Source: a virus (Duplodnaviria; Caudoviricetes). Taken from it: a stretch of DNA of 35,172 nt. The notes under the pieces were generated by a model. It did no database searches. It was given only the letters and a program-made list of their open reading frames with translations, and was not told the origin of the DNA. The number at the start of each line of letters is the position of its first letter. Positions within the stretch are counted from its first letter, which is position 1. The position numbers and the translations under genes are program-made. Positions 27,001 through 35,172 of this stretch are shown piece by piece. The DNA is taken from positions 1-35,172 of IMG/VR virus record IMGVR_UViG_3300037634_002640; one strand, given 5' to 3'.

Positions 27001-30000
27001 TGCCGATTTACGGATCAAGTAGAATATACTCAAGAAGGGATCAGAGAAACCTATTGGGAATTACTGGGCCTACCGGTCCTGTTGGTATTACTGGTCCTGG
27101 TGGCCCCGTCACTGGTGGATATACTGGAAATATAGGCAATGTTGGACCTACAGGAAATTATATTGTTGGCGCGCCATGTGATTTGCCGTGGTCAGATGAT
27201 TGTATGGTTTTTCAATTTATTACTGGCGGTGTTGATGATTTTGAACTGGGCTGTGGTGGTGAACATCAAGAACCTGACCAAGATGGATTGACAGGAAGTG
27301 CGATGGGACCAACCAGAGGCGTGGTAGGCAAATCCCATTCGTATATAGTTGATAATTATATGTTTGTTGGTTCGAACTTTGCAGACGGGGGTAAAGGTGC
27401 GATATATGCATACACGAAGAATATAGATGGTGTGTGGGAATATATGACAATGTTGTCTCCGTCACAAGGTGAAGATTGCATTGGTTGGTTCGCCATCCAT
27501 CCTAAAGCATATGAGTTTAGCAATAAAGATGTTTTGGTTGCGGGTGCCGCACCTTTGGATGATGGGGGTGCTACAGGTGATAATACTGGTGCAGTATATG
27601 TGTTCAAGTATGATTATTCGTCGGACATATGGACAGAAACAAGAATAATACCAGATGATGCTCAAATTGATGCTCAAGCAGTTGCATGGATTGTATTGGC
27701 ACTGGATAATGAAAATTTGTTTTTCCTTGCCAATCATACACCAACCTCCGTGTATGACAACTATGAAACTATCCTTTATCATTATAAAAGCATCGATGAC
27801 GGGGTATCGTGGACAAGAAACAGGACAGCATTTCCACACTACGGGTCGTATGATGAAATAAGTGGTATTTCTGGTTGTTCAAACCCCTTTCGACTCATGG
27901 GCGGAGATATAAATTGGGATTCTTCTGCTCGTGTACTCGCTCTTGGTTCCCATTGGTCTTCTGCAAATACAAATTGTGTCGATGATCCAATACCCGGATA
28001 TGGTCCAATTTGTTATTCTGGTTGGGTTTCTATTTGGGAAGAAATTGGAGGTGTGTGGACAAGAGTATTTGTCGATGGTGGTGATAATTATGAATTAGGC
28101 GGTGGCGTGTCTGGGCAACTTGGGATGAACGTGTGTGTAGATGGTGATTTTGTTGTTTCTGGGAACCACCCCGAAAACCATGCGGATTATCCTCAATCAC
28201 CGCCTCGATGGGATGGGGTGGTGTACGTTTGGAAACGAGATACATCGGGTGTTTGGTCAAGAATTCAAAAAATTCAAAATCCTGAACCTGAAATGATGTC
28301 TTCCTTTGGGCATGGGGTTGGGTTGCGCAATAACATTTTAACTATTGGCGCACTAGGAGGAAGGTATGAGGAATCCGCACCCATAGGAACTTGTGTTTAT
28401 AATGGCGGCAAATGCGCAGACTGGGAATGCTCGGATTGTGAAATTATAGGTGGTGATTGGTATCCGCCTCCTTTAAATTGTGACAATTATGGCGATAATG
28501 GCGGACCAGTCAATACATGTGAGGACTATGAAGGACAAACGAAACATTCCAATTCAAAAGTATATGTTTATCAATATAACGACGAAACTAAATTTTTTGA
28601 ATATGGTGGAAAGATTTTAGATATGCCTGTGTCGGAGGATGATAATGGAGAAATTGGAACATGTCTGGATAGGGGGTGCCTAGCGGGAACATCTGTTGAG
28701 ACGAACGGAACAGATGTATTGATAGGAATGCCAGGATGGATTTCACCAACTAATGGTCGTGTTGGTTCTATATTGATGGCATATGGTGTAGATCCTAATA
28801 GAATTGATTTTAAAATGTTCGATGATTCGATAATGGGTGTTACTGGTTTTCGTGGTCCTACCGGAGATACAGCAGGTAATTATACAATACGCAATAATAC
28901 TGATCCACTTGATTATGAATATGCAAACATATTTAATTATAAAGATGGTATAACAGCGTATTTTGATACCTTAACCGTTAGTGGTAATGTTGTTGGTATT
29001 AGTTCAGACGCTAATAGTGTTTATATAGTGGGTGAAATACCGGGAAATTATTCTTCTTTAGGAAATACGGGAGAATTGCTTCAACTTTCTGGAATGTCGG
29101 CATCCGGTGCATTAAACACACATTGGGACAATGATAATGATCATCTTCTTTCTAGAATAATATCACACAGAGAAGAATATTTTACAAACAACAATATATT
29201 AATTGGGAATATAGATCCACAGAACCCATCAACTGCAATATATCCAGTTATGCCTGAAGGTTCTTCGGTCCCCTTCACACGTTTTACTTTTGATGATAAT
29301 CAAACTTGTATAGAAAGTGGGTTTGATCTTGGGCAGCATTGGTCCTCACCTGTAAACGAAAGACATGAATTTGATAAGATTTGTTTTGGTATGACATCTG
29401 GGAATGTGATGTCCGAAATAGGCTCATGCTGTTTTTGCGAAGAACAGGGGATGGACAACGACGATCATCCAAATTGTATAGATTACACGACATTCAATTA
29501 TTGCGAATCAATTGGCGGCAAATTCAATAATCTTCCGTGTATTAACAGGCCAGAAGGACCAGATTGTTATGTTTCGGGTTCTTGTTGTGTGAATGAAATT
29601 TGTGTGGAAGGTTCTGAAGAAAATTGTGATACTTTTGGTGGGTTTTTTATAGAAAACCAAACTTGTCGGCAGGTAGAAGAGTCGGGAGGATGTCCCAATT
29701 CGTGTGATGAACATGGTGCATGCTGTATTAGTGGTTTTTGTTATAGTCTATCAGAAGATCAGTGTGCGTTTGAGAACGGAAATTTCCATCCTTATCCATG
29801 TAGTGACACAGAAAATGTCAATTGTTGTTCTGAGATTATACCGGGTGCATGTTGTTTAGATGAAGTTTGTTATGAAACTTCTTCTCAAATGTGTCAGATG
29901 ATGTATTCAGAAGATGGATCTTCTGGTGTTTGGTGGGGAGATGGATCTAAATGTGCTGGACCACATCCACTTACAGGACGCTATAGTCCTTATAATTGTA

Positions 30001-32747
30001 TATTTGCAGATGGGACTGTTGGAGGAACATTAGATACTAATGGAAAATGTGGTAATGGTGAAATACCACCATGCAACGATGAGGGGGCGTATTCTTGTCT
30101 CGGATGGACTCTACTTGCTGGAAATTGTACGGATGGTAACGAATGCGACTGTATGGGGTGGTGCCCGCCTGACAAAGAGCCACCCGGTTGTTGTCCCATT
30201 GATGGTGAAGACTATTCTCACTGTGATATTGGGGTGTGTTCTAATAAAAACAGTTGTGTTGGTGCATGTTGTGTTCAAAATTTAGATGCAACTTTCTTTT
30301 GTATGGAAAACTTAACATTTAATGATTGTGATGCCATCAAAGATGATGAATTAAACTATCTAGATGCTTGCTGGAATGGTTGTGGAAGTGTATGTGTTCC
30401 TGATGAATTGGTGGGTGATTCCATATGTGATGATGAATCACTGCGATGTAATCATCAGCAATCTTCGGCAACAATTGTTCTTGCAGATGGAACATGTTGG
30501 GAATGCTGCTGTGATCAACCAGAATTTCTTGAACCATTGGGTGCTTGTTGTATGTTTGATGGTACTTGTTCCGTTATGTTAGAAGAACAATGTATTGCTG
30601 TTGATGGTTTTTATAGAGGTGATCAAACTTCTTGTGGGTATGGGTTATTGTGTGAAGATCTCGACGCCTTTGGTGCATGTTGTGAACCAAATGGATCTTG
30701 TTACCATTCAACACAAAATGGTTGTGAGGATTGTAGTGAATGTAATGTGAATAACATCTATTTTGGTGATGGGACACGTTGTTCTGATCCCACAACTATG
30801 TGTGGTATTGGTGCATGTTGCACATCTTCCCCTGGTGGACCTTGCGAAGTTACTGATATTGTGACTTGTTGCGATGCTGATGGTGTGTTTCTTGGACCAG
30901 ATACTGATTGTGAATTTGGAGATGATACATGTAACAATGTAACATATGGTTCTTGCTGTATAAATTATGAGTGTTGTCTTATGACAGAATCAGGATGTGA
31001 AACTTCTGGTGGTGTGTATCATGGAGATAATACTTCTTGTGAGGACAACCCGTGTGGATTTCCTGACGGTTCTTGTTGTAGGAAGAAGGGCATCGGGGTA
31101 AATTGTTTCAAACATATAATCTTAGTAATGGATGAAAGTCCTAGTGTAAAAACAACAGAATATGGAGGTCCACTTGTTGGTAGTAACCAGATATCAAAAA
31201 GTGTTATCAATGTTATAAACACATTTAGAAATGAAACTTTCGAATATCCACTTGATAGCATGTCATATGATAGATATCATGGAACAATAAGTGTTGTTAG
31301 TTTTGGAAAGTTTCCCTCTCCTGGTACAATTTACGAGGGTGATGATTGGACTGAGGCTCAGAGCGTAGTGTCCGATGAGTGGGAAAATGGAAGTAATGAG
31401 GAGGAAGTTGACGATAATACTAATTATGTTGAAGTAATACAACATGTTAATGCACTTGCTGAAGAGTATTATGATGCGGGAAAGAACGTACTAGTGATAC
31501 TATTTTCAGATGGGGAAGAAACTGACGGGGATATTGTTGATTATCTCAGTGGTGCTGCTTCATTGCCAACTTTGGGAATATATGTGTCGTTGTCTGTAAA
31601 TAACCTTCCTGCTAATGCATTAATATCATCAACAATTGCTACAGAAACAGATGGCTTACATTATTATTATGATTCCGTAAACGAATGGCTTACTCCGTTT
31701 GCGTCTGAACTTTCATGTTCTGTTAAATCTTTTGGACAACGCGGATTGGGTGCTAGAGGGTCTTGTTCGATTCCATCTTCCCCGTTTGCTGATAATGATT
31801 ATTGTGAAGATAGTGGATCGCAGGCAATTCAAACTAATTGTACGTCGTATGCTTTGGGGGGCAAATATCCATCCTGGTCTGATCCCACTTGGACAAACTT
31901 TGAAGATGGGGGTATGTGTGAATTGTGTGAATTGGATCCTTATGTGCATTCTTGTTGTTATTGGGATGAGGATTGTGTGCCTGTGGGTACAGGATCTTCG
32001 CTAGAAAACGAAGACGAATGTGTAAATGATGGAGGAATATATAAACAATATCAAAAGTGTAATTGTCCTGGTGATGGTAGATGTTTTGACCATCCAACAG
32101 GAGGATTCGGTGCGTGTTGCGGTTGTGATATTTTTACTGAAGACCCAGTCCATTGTGTGGTAGCGACTGATCCAGTGACATGTGAGGATGCCGGTGGTTG
32201 CTGGGCTGGATGGCATACTTGGTGTATCGAGCAGGAACTATGTGATGGCAAGCAGCACGGGGATTTAGTTCTGGATGGGGGTGCAACTTGTTTTGAATGT
32301 CAGGGTAATGTTATTCCAGAGTGCCCTGATCCCTCTTCTTGCGATCCACCCTCGTGTGACTGCTGTTGTTATTGTTTCGGTTGTGAGTGTGGCGCGATAT
32401 GCGACGAAGGCGAAGGCGGCGAAGGCGGCCCCGGCGAAGGCGGCGAAGGCGAAGGCGACGAAGGCGAAGGCGAAGGCGACGAAGGCGAAGGCGAAGGCGA
32501 CGAAGGCGAAGGCGAAGGCGACGAAGGCGAAGGCGAAGGCGATGGCGATGATGGCCCCATCGATATTCCGCGCGCGGACTGCGGATGCACCCGCTGTTGT
32601 TGCCCGAAGCCATGTGATGACTGTAGGTGTGGTTGTGGTTGGGTCATTGGTCCCCAGGGAATGGCCTGCGCCGACGGCTGCGTGCCGATAGATGATTGCC
32701 TGGGGTGCTGCTCGAACGGGCCACAAGGCGGGGATACTGACGAGTAA
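27000..32747 (+). CDS. Giant collagen-headed fibre/adhesin (1915 aa): FG-GAP beta-propeller, many GACC/GSCC repeats, vWA domain, EG-rich linker, Cys-rich tip
   Basis: TAATG coupling with the upstream gene; GAIYAY/GAVYVF/GVVYVW...FGHGVGL repeats; IILVMDESPS...VVSFG...TNY...VILFSDGE. Confidence 0.8.
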   Translation: MPIYGSSRIYSRRDQRNLLGITGPTGPVGITGPGGPVTGGYTGNIGNVGPTGNYIVGAPCDLPWSDDCMVFQFITGGVDDFELGCGGEHQEPDQDGLTGSAMGPTRGVVGKSHSYIVDNYMFVGSNFADGGKGAIYAYTKNIDGVWEYMTMLSPSQGEDCIGWFAIHPKAYEFSNKDVLVAGAAPLDDGGATGDNTGAVYVFKYDYSSDIWTETRIIPDDAQIDAQAVAWIVLALDNENLFFLANHTPTSVYDNYETILYHYKSIDDGVSWTRNRTAFPHYGSYDEISGISGCSNPFRLMGGDINWDSSARVLALGSHWSSANTNCVDDPIPGYGPICYSGWVSIWEEIGGVWTRVFVDGGDNYELGGGVSGQLGMNVCVDGDFVVSGNHPENHADYPQSPPRWDGVVYVWKRDTSGVWSRIQKIQNPEPEMMSSFGHGVGLRNNILTIGALGGRYEESAPIGTCVYNGGKCADWECSDCEIIGGDWYPPPLNCDNYGDNGGPVNTCEDYEGQTKHSNSKVYVYQYNDETKFFEYGGKILDMPVSEDDNGEIGTCLDRGCLAGTSVETNGTDVLIGMPGWISPTNGRVGSILMAYGVDPNRIDFKMFDDSIMGVTGFRGPTGDTAGNYTIRNNTDPLDYEYANIFNYKDGITAYFDTLTVSGNVVGISSDANSVYIVGEIPGNYSSLGNTGELLQLSGMSASGALNTHWDNDNDHLLSRIISHREEYFTNNNILIGNIDPQNPSTAIYPVMPEGSSVPFTRFTFDDNQTCIESGFDLGQHWSSPVNERHEFDKICFGMTSGNVMSEIGSCCFCEEQGMDNDDHPNCIDYTTFNYCESIGGKFNNLPCINRPEGPDCYVSGSCCVNEICVEGSEENCDTFGGFFIENQTCRQVEESGGCPNSCDEHGACCISGFCYSLSEDQCAFENGNFHPYPCSDTENVNCCSEIIPGACCLDEVCYETSSQMCQMMYSEDGSSGVWWGDGSKCAGPHPLTGRYSPYNCIFADGTVGGTLDTNGKCGNGEIPPCNDEGAYSCLGWTLLAGNCTDGNECDCMGWCPPDKEPPGCCPIDGEDYSHCDIGVCSNKNSCVGACCVQNLDATFFCMENLTFNDCDAIKDDELNYLDACWNGCGSVCVPDELVGDSICDDESLRCNHQQSSATIVLADGTCWECCCDQPEFLEPLGACCMFDGTCSVMLEEQCIAVDGFYRGDQTSCGYGLLCEDLDAFGACCEPNGSCYHSTQNGCEDCSECNVNNIYFGDGTRCSDPTTMCGIGACCTSSPGGPCEVTDIVTCCDADGVFLGPDTDCEFGDDTCNNVTYGSCCINYECCLMTESGCETSGGVYHGDNTSCEDNPCGFPDGSCCRKKGIGVNCFKHIILVMDESPSVKTTEYGGPLVGSNQISKSVINVINTFRNETFEYPLDSMSYDRYHGTISVVSFGKFPSPGTIYEGDDWTEAQSVVSDEWENGSNEEEVDDNTNYVEVIQHVNALAEEYYDAGKNVLVILFSDGEETDGDIVDYLSGAASLPTLGIYVSLSVNNLPANALISSTIATETDGLHYYYDSVNEWLTPFASELSCSVKSFGQRGLGARGSCSIPSSPFADNDYCEDSGSQAIQTNCTSYALGGKYPSWSDPTWTNFEDGGMCELCELDPYVHSCCYWDEDCVPVGTGSSLENEDECVNDGGIYKQYQKCNCPGDGRCFDHPTGGFGACCGCDIFTEDPVHCVVATDPVTCEDAGGCWAGWHTWCIEQELCDGKQHGDLVLDGGATCFECQGNVIPECPDPSSCDPPSCDCCCYCFGCECGAICDEGEGGEGGPGEGGEGEGDEGEGEGDEGEGEGDEGEGEGDEGEGEGDGDDGPIDIPRADCGCTRCCCPKPCDDCRCGCGWVIGPQGMACADGCVPIDDCLGCCSNGPQGGDTDE
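32403..32554 (+). repeat. GC-rich GAAGGC-based repeat with a 21-bp unit encoding (EGEGEGD)n
   Basis: GAAGGCGAAGGCGAAGGCGAC units read directly from the sequence. Confidence 0.95.
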
Positions 32748-32799
32748 ATGTTTGCTGTTTATATAGATAATAGGTAAAACACAAGTAGGAATAATTTTT

Positions 32800-35172
32800 A
32801 TGGTAATAATTGGAAGCAGTGCAATAAGTCCCCTTCCGGGATTCGGACCCACCGGACCTACCGGACCCACCGGCCCAACTGGACCTGCTGGGGGTGGTGG
32901 TTCTGCTGGCATAACTGGTGCTTCTGGTGCTTCTGGTGCCTATATTATGTCAAGTCATAGAGATGAAGAATATTTATATCTTGTGTTGTCTAACGGAATA
33001 GAATTAAAGTTTTCTCATGTCAAGGGACCGGTTGGAATAACAATAGGTGATGATAATGCTTCTGGAACAAACTTAGGTACTGGTATAACCATATTTAAAG
33101 AACTGGTTGACGGGAATACATTTTCGTTTAAAGGTATTTCAGCATCTGGATTCTTTAGAAGTTATTTGCATAATGAGGATGATACAATTGCAATAAGTGG
33201 CCCGAACCCCGAAACCATGAAGTTAATAGCACAGACGGGCGAATCGGATAATATTTATAATAGCACATTTGCATATCTTAGCAATATAAATACGATAGAA
33301 TCAACACCATTATCATTTGATAATAACGGAGCAATGATTTTTGGCACAGGGCCCTTTGGGTCATATTCAGACCAAAGACAAATAACGTATGACATTGAGG
33401 AAAATGTAATACAGGTTCCACCGGTAAACAAAAATGAAGTTGTTACTATATACGGACATGAATGTGTGGGTGATTGTGGTGAAGTGGCAGGCATGGGGGT
33501 TGGAATACAATTAGCAGTTACAGCAGGTTCGGTATATGAAGTACATACACCAATAGGCATTGCAGGTATCACTGGGAACTTTAATGCAGATGAAGTGTTT
33601 ATTTTTTCTATGATTGTTCATGGAAATGATATATGGGCATTGCCTGAAACTATGATTTTTAATCAAAGCGGTAATGTATTTTCGTGTGGTACAAATGTTG
33701 TTAATGTGTTGACACACAATGCGGGTGAAACTTGGTTGGCTACCATATCCAGCAGTGGTTATAATACGGATGGTTGTGAGGGGGATCTGTTTGTTTCCTT
33801 GGGTGCTTGTTGTTATAATGATGATTACGGAAATCTTAAATGTGAAGAATATATCACCGAACAGGAATGTGATGAATATTACGATAGTAGTTGGAAAGCC
33901 CTCTCAACATGTGCGGATAATTGTGGACAGACCGGAGATGGTATTTGTTGTAGTCGGGGTGGATTAGGACAATCTGTAGGGAAGTGTATTAGTGGGTTTA
34001 GTCTTGGAGATTGTGAGTTGTTTAATGGCCAATATTATGGATATTATATTTATGAAGAAAAGGATCCGTTGAATAACAATTTCCAAATGATACCGCTCGA
34101 AGAACCTATGAAGATTGAATGTGGCGGGCATCTTCCTTGTTATTCTATTGTTGAAGACGTAGAAGGCGGTGATGTTGTTTCTGGTATAACACTTGATTGT
34201 GTTGAAAGTTCTGGTACGTTGCTCGGAACCAGTATACCAAATCATTTATGTATTGGTACAGGATGTGATTCGACTGGCAAGGCAGCGTGTTGTAAGAATG
34301 CTGTGTGTATTGGTGATTCGCAGGGGAATACTGAATTGGGGCCAATTTCTGCTGTTGTGTGTCGTTATGTTTATGGAGGAACACCAATTGCAGATAAGCA
34401 GTGTGGCGACGTAGGTGTAGATTGTTGTGATGAAATTGTATATGAAGGTGCATGTTGTATTCCATATAACGAAAACACCGAAGAACCTGAAAAATGCCGA
34501 CAGATGATGTATTCGGATTGTTTTACAAGCCTGGGTGGTGTGTTCATGGGACCGGGCACACGTTGCGATGAAGTTAATTGTTGTTTTATTGGTAATGGTC
34601 CTGTTGGATCAGCCTGCGAGAATGATGATGATTGCGATTCTCTTTGTTGTATAGAGAATGCATGTCGTCCTTCAAATGTTTGTATTCAGTGCTTGAACCA
34701 CATTGATTGTCCAATATCTAATTGTTGTATTGATGGGGTGTGTGTAGAAAACCACCTTCCGTGTGATGAATGTGTAACAGATGATGATTGTGGTGCTTGT
34801 CAAGAGTGCGATTGTGTTACTAATGCTAATGGACATACAGAATGTACTTGTGAATTTATTGCATGTGAAGATTGTATATGTGCTACTACTTGGGATTGTA
34901 TATATGCTTGTGAGGATCAAAATGCGTGTTGTGTTGATGGTACATGTCAATCGCCTTGTTCAGGCGGTGCTGGCGGTGCTTGTTGTGTTAATTCCGAGTG
35001 TACCGAAATTGAAAACAATACTTCTTGTAATGGTATTTTCTACGAAGGCGTTTCTTGCGATCCAAATCCATGCATCGATAACCTCGTCGGTGCCTGCTGC
35101 GTGCTCGATGCCTGTTCGATCACGCCCTTGAATGATTGCGAAGGCACCTGGTATGGGCCTGATACCAGTTGT
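32800..35172 (+). CDS. Third collagen-headed Cys-rich fibre paralogue (>791 aa, runs off right edge)
   Basis: Not in ORF track. ATG at 32800 with SD AGGA; MVIIGSSAISPLPGFGPTGPTGPTGPTGPAG..., TNLGTG..IFK, FSFKGI, LGACCY, EGACC, GGACC, VGACC; in frame to the window end. Confidence 0.88.
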   Translation, partial: MVIIGSSAISPLPGFGPTGPTGPTGPTGPAGGGGSAGITGASGASGAYIMSSHRDEEYLYLVLSNGIELKFSHVKGPVGITIGDDNASGTNLGTGITIFKELVDGNTFSFKGISASGFFRSYLHNEDDTIAISGPNPETMKLIAQTGESDNIYNSTFAYLSNINTIESTPLSFDNNGAMIFGTGPFGSYSDQRQITYDIEENVIQVPPVNKNEVVTIYGHECVGDCGEVAGMGVGIQLAVTAGSVYEVHTPIGIAGITGNFNADEVFIFSMIVHGNDIWALPETMIFNQSGNVFSCGTNVVNVLTHNAGETWLATISSSGYNTDGCEGDLFVSLGACCYNDDYGNLKCEEYITEQECDEYYDSSWKALSTCADNCGQTGDGICCSRGGLGQSVGKCISGFSLGDCELFNGQYYGYYIYEEKDPLNNNFQMIPLEEPMKIECGGHLPCYSIVEDVEGGDVVSGITLDCVESSGTLLGTSIPNHLCIGTGCDSTGKAACCKNAVCIGDSQGNTELGPISAVVCRYVYGGTPIADKQCGDVGVDCCDEIVYEGACCIPYNENTEEPEKCRQMMYSDCFTSLGGVFMGPGTRCDEVNCCFIGNGPVGSACENDDDCDSLCCIENACRPSNVCIQCLNHIDCPISNCCIDGVCVENHLPCDECVTDDDCGACQECDCVTNANGHTECTCEFIACEDCICATTWDCIYACEDQNACCVDGTCQSPCSGGAGGACCVNSECTEIENNTSCNGIFYEGVSCDPNPCIDNLVGACCVLDACSITPLNDCEGTWYGPDTSC

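Noticed and set aside
32265-32912. Histone-like AKAKAT ORF (32275-32691) and AF-, RL- and PS-repeat ORFs
   Set aside because: Alternative-frame artefacts of the GC-rich GAAGGC repeat inside the 1915-aa gene.
3273-35131. Remaining short ORFs in the track nested in or antisense to the long genes
   Set aside because: They overlap well-supported structural genes, show no recognisable motifs, and their compositions mirror the real frame's codon bias.
7989-35172. Eukaryotic or giant-virus origin suggested by Cys-rich, collagen, vWA and FG-GAP proteins
   Set aside because: No introns or signal peptides; SD sites, translational coupling and T4-like baseplate synteny are present.

Overview
A 35-kb, AT-rich segment of a large T4-like (myovirus) phage genome holding the whole baseplate/tail-tip module. 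The left arm (minus strand) carries gp4 head-completion nuclease, gp54, gp26, a small gp51-like ORF and a long repeat-containing ORF that runs off the left edge. The right arm (plus strand) carries gp48, gp53, a hub (gp27-like) apparently split into two genes around a 1619-aa Cys-rich gene, then gp25, gp6, gp7, gp8, a short DUF4815-type gene, two fibre/adaptor genes and three paralogous collagen-headed Cys-rich fibre genes, the last running off the right edge. Three real genes are missing from the ORF track (1-1668, 1675-1890, 32800-35172). The most unusual points are: (1) a T-TTT-TTC slippery site joining gp26 to a gp51-like ORF that lacks its own start (a lambda G/GT-type -1 frameshift); (2) pervasive cysteine enrichment, even in core baseplate proteins; (3) a fibre combining an FG-GAP propeller, a MIDAS vWA domain and Cys repeats (integrin-like parts); (4) a split hub with no gp5/PAAR spike at its usual position; (5) GC-rich patches suggesting recently imported Cys modules. 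All family calls come from motif recognition by eye plus synteny, not database searches.
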